Below are positions 59,901-64,000 of a DNA stretch of 64,000 nucleotides, piece after piece. Position numbers and translations under genes: made by a program. Source of the stretch: Macrostomum hystrix (taxonomy: Eukaryota; Animalia; Platyhelminthes); the NCBI GenBank assembly GCA_950097015.1, contig CATNEN010000038.1, positions 1,736,001 to 1,800,000 on the forward strand, given 5' to 3'. Each line of letters begins with the position of its first letter. The first letter of the stretch is position 1. The notes beneath the pieces were generated by a model, which had not been told where the DNA came from, did no database searches, and was given only the letters and a program-made list of their open reading frames with translations.

Positions 59901-62497
59901 TGAGGATCTGTGAGGGATGTCTGGGGATCTGTGAGGGATGTGTGAGGATCTGAAGGCTCACCAAAATGTCTCTAGACGCCTCGAATCGATCCTTGATCGG
60001 AGCCAGCAGTCGCGGATCGCAGCCGATCTGCAGGAAATTCGGCGCAGCCGATGCGACTGCGGCTGCATCTGAGCCGGTCGACGAAGCTAACGGCACCGAT
60101 GTCGGTACCGAAGTCGGCTGACTGCCGCTGGTCGCCGCAGGCGCAGATGCGGCCGCCGCTGTGAAGAGCGAATTCTGCCCCGGCTGCGGAGGCGGTTGCG
60201 GTGGCGGCGCCTGAGACGACAAACCGCTGAGCAGCTGGTCGAGCGCCGAGTCCACCTGCTCAGGAATCTGCTCGGCTGTTGCTGGTGAATGGCGAGCGGC
60301 AGTTGGTTAAGGAATTGGGATCATAGGACCACATCAGACTGCCAAATCCGACTTCTTCAATCACTTGCTTAAAGAGATTTTGCCCTCTCATCTCTTCCCG
60401 TGTATAATCTCTCCCAATGCCTTATCTCTTCCTATTTCTACCCTGTCTATACCCTATCTGTCCACTGTCTCATCTGTCCACTGTCTCATCTGTCCACTGT
60501 CTCATCTGTCCACTGTCTCATCTGTCCACTGTCTTAGCTGTCCACTGTTTTATCTGTCCACAGTTTTATCTGTCCACTGTTTTATCTGTCCACTGTCTCA
60601 TCTGTCCACTGTCTCATCTGTCCACTGTTTTATCTGTCCACTGTCTCATCTGTCCACTGTCTTATCTGTCCACTGTTTTATCTGTCCACTGGTTTATCTG
60701 TCCACTGTTTCATCTGTCCACTGTCATATCTGACCACTGTTTTTTCTGTCAACTGTCTCATCTGTCTACTGTCTCATCTGTCTACTGTCTCATCTGTCTC
60801 ATCTGTCTCATCTGTCTACTGTCTGATCTGTCTACTGTCTGATCTGTCTACTGTCTGATCTGTCTACTGTCTCATCTGTCCATTGTCTCATCTGTCTACT
60901 GTCTCATCTGTCCACTGTCTCATCTGTCTACTGTCTCATCTGTCTACTGTCTCATCTGTCTACTGTCTCATCTGTCTACTGTCTCATCTGTCTACTGTCT
61001 CATCTGTCCACTGTTTTATCTGTCCACTGTTTTATCTGTCCACTCTTTTATCTGTCCACTGTCTCATCTGTCTATTGTCTTATCTGTCCACTGTCTCATC
61101 TCTCCCCTGTCTTATTTCTTCCCTGTTTTATCTCTCCAGTCTAAACTCTGTCATGTCTCCCCTTGACAAAATATTTGTGACAAGAAAGTAGCGTGTCTTA
61201 TCCAATTAGACTAATTAGATAGCGAAGCATTTGCCTACGCAAACAAATGCATAGTTACTCATTCCTCTAGCCCAGACAAAAAATAGTTTTTTTCAAAATC
61301 GCACTACTCTGTTCTATTAAAAGTACAAAACCAGCTGTTCCTAACCTCCTGAACAGCCTAACGTGACGGCCAGACTATCAGCCAGCCGGCGACCCGAACT
61401 GCCAGGCGCCGACAGACGCTGTAAATCGCTCACGCAGCCCAGCAGCTGACGCCTGGCCTCGCTGCCCAGAGACTCCGGTTGGACGCGACGCAGCAGGGCT
61501 TCGATAGCCGCCTGCTGCTGGTCCAGGCTGCTGGCTGGGGGCGCCGGGCCAGCCTGCGAATGGAGATTCAGGGGACAACTGGCTGCATATAAGACTAAAA
61601 CGGGTAACGTCCAATAAAATGCATGAGATCTTGATTCTCTGGTATGGGATCTTGATTCTCTGGTATGGGATCTTGATTCTCTGGTATGTGATCTTGATTC
61701 TCTGGTATGGGATCTTGATTCTCTGGTATGGGATCTTGATTCTCTGGTATGGGATCTTGATTCTCTGGTATGGGATCTTGATTCTATGGTATGGGGTATG
61801 GGATCTTGTTTCTATGGTATGGGATCTTGATTCTCTGGTATGGGATCTTGATTCTCTGGTATGGTATCTTGATTCTCTGGTCTGGCATCTTAATTGTCTG
61901 TATGGGATCTTGATTCTTTGGTATGAAATCCTTATTCTCTAACACAGGATCTTAATCTCAACACACGCTGTCAAACTGTCGCAAGTCAACATAGCCGCCG
62001 CCACCGCCCGCTTTGCTCCACGACTGTCGAGTTCGCCTTCGGTACTGACTCCAGCTGCGACGCAGGTCCACATCGTCCGGCCTGCGACCCCTGCTGTTGT
62101 ACGTCCTCGACCGGGCCGACTGCCTGAAGCCGGAGGACCCGGTGGAGATTTCGGCCAGCACGGGCCAGCCTGGGTCGATCGCCTGCACCGCTAGGTCCAG
62201 CTCGCGCATCACGGAGTCAGGAAATATCCCAATCCAAGATCGGCGCACTTCAAACATTTTCTCCCTGGCCGAATCGGAGTCTGTGGCGGCCACAGCAGCT
62301 ACAAAAGCGGACACAATGCCAACACTGAATAGCTTTGCATATGGCGACTGTGGCAGCTGCTTTACTATGGAGTCAATTAGGCCCAGGTAAGCCAGTCGCT
62401 CTTGAGGTGTCCTGGCCTGTTTGAGTAGGTGAAAAACGGGGCCAATTTTTTTAGAAAGCCACTTTTGTTTTTTGTTATATATATCGAGACATTGCAA
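56952..62497 (-). CDS. PCF11: Pre-mRNA cleavage/termination factor Pcf11, multi-exon, N-terminus not located
   Basis: CID with LIDSIVK...RSWIGIF...IDPGWP (62100-62450). Middle LGGPGHELVIHG and EVGPP region (58978-59289, 57998-58505). Zinc fingers QCPQCTLRF...HMDEH...RAWY and CGVCYEQF...WDDDTEDW...YHPVC. Confidence 0.88.
58545..58730 (-). mobile_element. SINE-C fragment in a Pcf11 intron
   Basis: Minus strand: TAGCCTAGTGGTTAGAGCG...GGTTCGATTCC...TTAGCAAAACACTTAAC...GGCTGCACATCTGG. Confidence 0.7.
59395..59952 (+). repeat. Degenerate 21-bp minisatellite abutting a Pcf11 donor
   Basis: Unit approx. GATCTGTGAGGGATGTGTGAG. Confidence 0.9.
60455..61120 (+). repeat. 16-bp minisatellite in a Pcf11 intron
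   Basis: Unit ATCTGTCCACTGTCTC. Confidence 0.95.
61625..61940 (+). repeat. 21-bp minisatellite filling a Pcf11 intron
   Basis: Unit TGGGATCTTGATTCTCTGGTA. Confidence 0.95.
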
Positions 62498-64000
62498 GTA
62501 TACCTTTGTGTGTATATTGTTGTCAATAAAAATGTGACAAGCACCCCATGAAGTGCCACAAATATATTATCAACTTTGTATAGATTTGCTGAAGGTGAGT
62601 ATCTATGCTTAATGTGGGGGAATTGTCTTAATTGTGAACAGTTCATAATTATACTCCAGGCAAGAACACTATTCTTTTCCTAACTTATAATGTTGAAAAT
62701 GCTTCATGCATGCCTAAGTACCTTAAAAAGGCTAGAGAAAACCCAACTTAGTGGAACAGTTTAGGCCAGTTGTGTCCTAGGTATACACAAGTCAGACAGG
62801 ATATTAATATGTAGCATCTAAAATGAACTTTTATTTCAGACTTAGTTACGCATCTAACTTTTTTCTATTTCCATAGACAACCCCACTTGTTCCACCAAGA
62901 AATACTAGCCTTCCCTTTTTCCCATAGATTAACTGTACCCAGCTCAACCTAATAAAGCCGACCACAGGAGCCAAGGCTCCCCTTCTTAACCCTGCTAAAA
63001 GAAATACAAGTTCACTGCCTTAGCTTAATTTGTTGTGGCTAAGAGCCACAAATATATACTACTTGAAAAAAGTGCATATTTATTTTTTTAAAACTGAAAT
63101 TTAACTGTGTTTCATTAAAGAAAATAATAAGAAAAGTGACAAACAATATAAATTTATCTAGAGTTGCTCTATAGCTATTGAACAAATTATATATAATTTT
63201 GTCTAATTATATAATTATTTAGACATTTTTAGAATAGACCAAAAAGGATTAAGTAGGGCCTAACATTAATGAAAAACTAAATTATATTAGGTATAAATGA
63301 AACAAGTATAATAAATTTAGAAATTTTAATTTTATCATGGCTAGGCCTACTTAACACATTTGCTACTATTAACACCTTGAATTTTGAAGGTGTTTGAAGC
63401 TTATTTGCTCTCTATGCTATAAGACTTTAAGTATCATTAAAGTATACTGATGAAGTGTAGACTACGAGCTATAGACCTACTAGTAGTATTTAGATAGACC
63501 TATTTTATTATAAAATACAGAAATCATTGTGAATATTGAATATTGTCTTGACTATATAATCTTTTTGATTTTTTAATATGGTAGTTAATAATTAAGTAGT
63601 CTAGCTAGAGATCCATAAGCTATGCAACTAGCCTATACTAGGCCAGCTAGCTATTAGATTTCTTTTGATTTAAATTATCATTAGGCCTATCTAATTATCC
63701 AATTGGTCATATCTGGATGAAAAGTTAAATCTCTGCTTGATTCTGTGCACTACTTTTGACAATTTAGGTTAGCGGAGCTTATGGAATTGTTAGAAAACAA
63801 ATGTTTATTTCATTTAAATTAAAATATTTAACGAACCAGCAATCCAATTCAAGTTTGTTAGTTTTTTTCCACTGAAATACTAGCTGCAAAATGGTTTGTT
63901 ATAGTTCATTACCATCTAACACAAAAAGTTTTCTAAAATGGAGTTCATGTTTTTTCTTGTCTAAGCTAAGGTCCAGTAGATAATGTAGGCCTACCTTAAA

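Overview
Eukaryotic (animal) genomic DNA with short GT-AG introns, GC-rich exons, many intronic minisatellites and tRNA-derived SINEs. The style suggests a free-living flatworm such as Macrostomum (inference only). Genes, left to right: (1) the 3' part of a giant ABCA-family transporter (+, about 36 exons, about 5,100 aa visible by hand count, 5' end outside the window), whose first ectodomain is built from at least 14 Cys-x(20-40)-Cys modules and carries furin-like sites; (2) two inverted, about 99% identical BIR+RING (IAP-like) genes; (3) an intronless divergent alpha-tubulin; (4) a 6-exon tetraspanin missed by the ORF track; (5) an NSD-type H3K36 methyltransferase; (6) an MFS (OFA/MCT-like) transporter; (7) an intronless DEG/ENaC channel; (8) Pcf11. 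The most interesting non-genic signal is two AT-rich, strongly CpG-depleted domains at the 5' ends of NSD and Pcf11 that are peppered with TAGGCCTA. A MITE-like inverted repeat inside one of them records both CpG decay (TG/CA mismatches between arms) and a GGCCTA insertion at a TA site. No CRISPR, rRNA or intact tRNA gene is supported. All exon boundaries and counts were read by eye.
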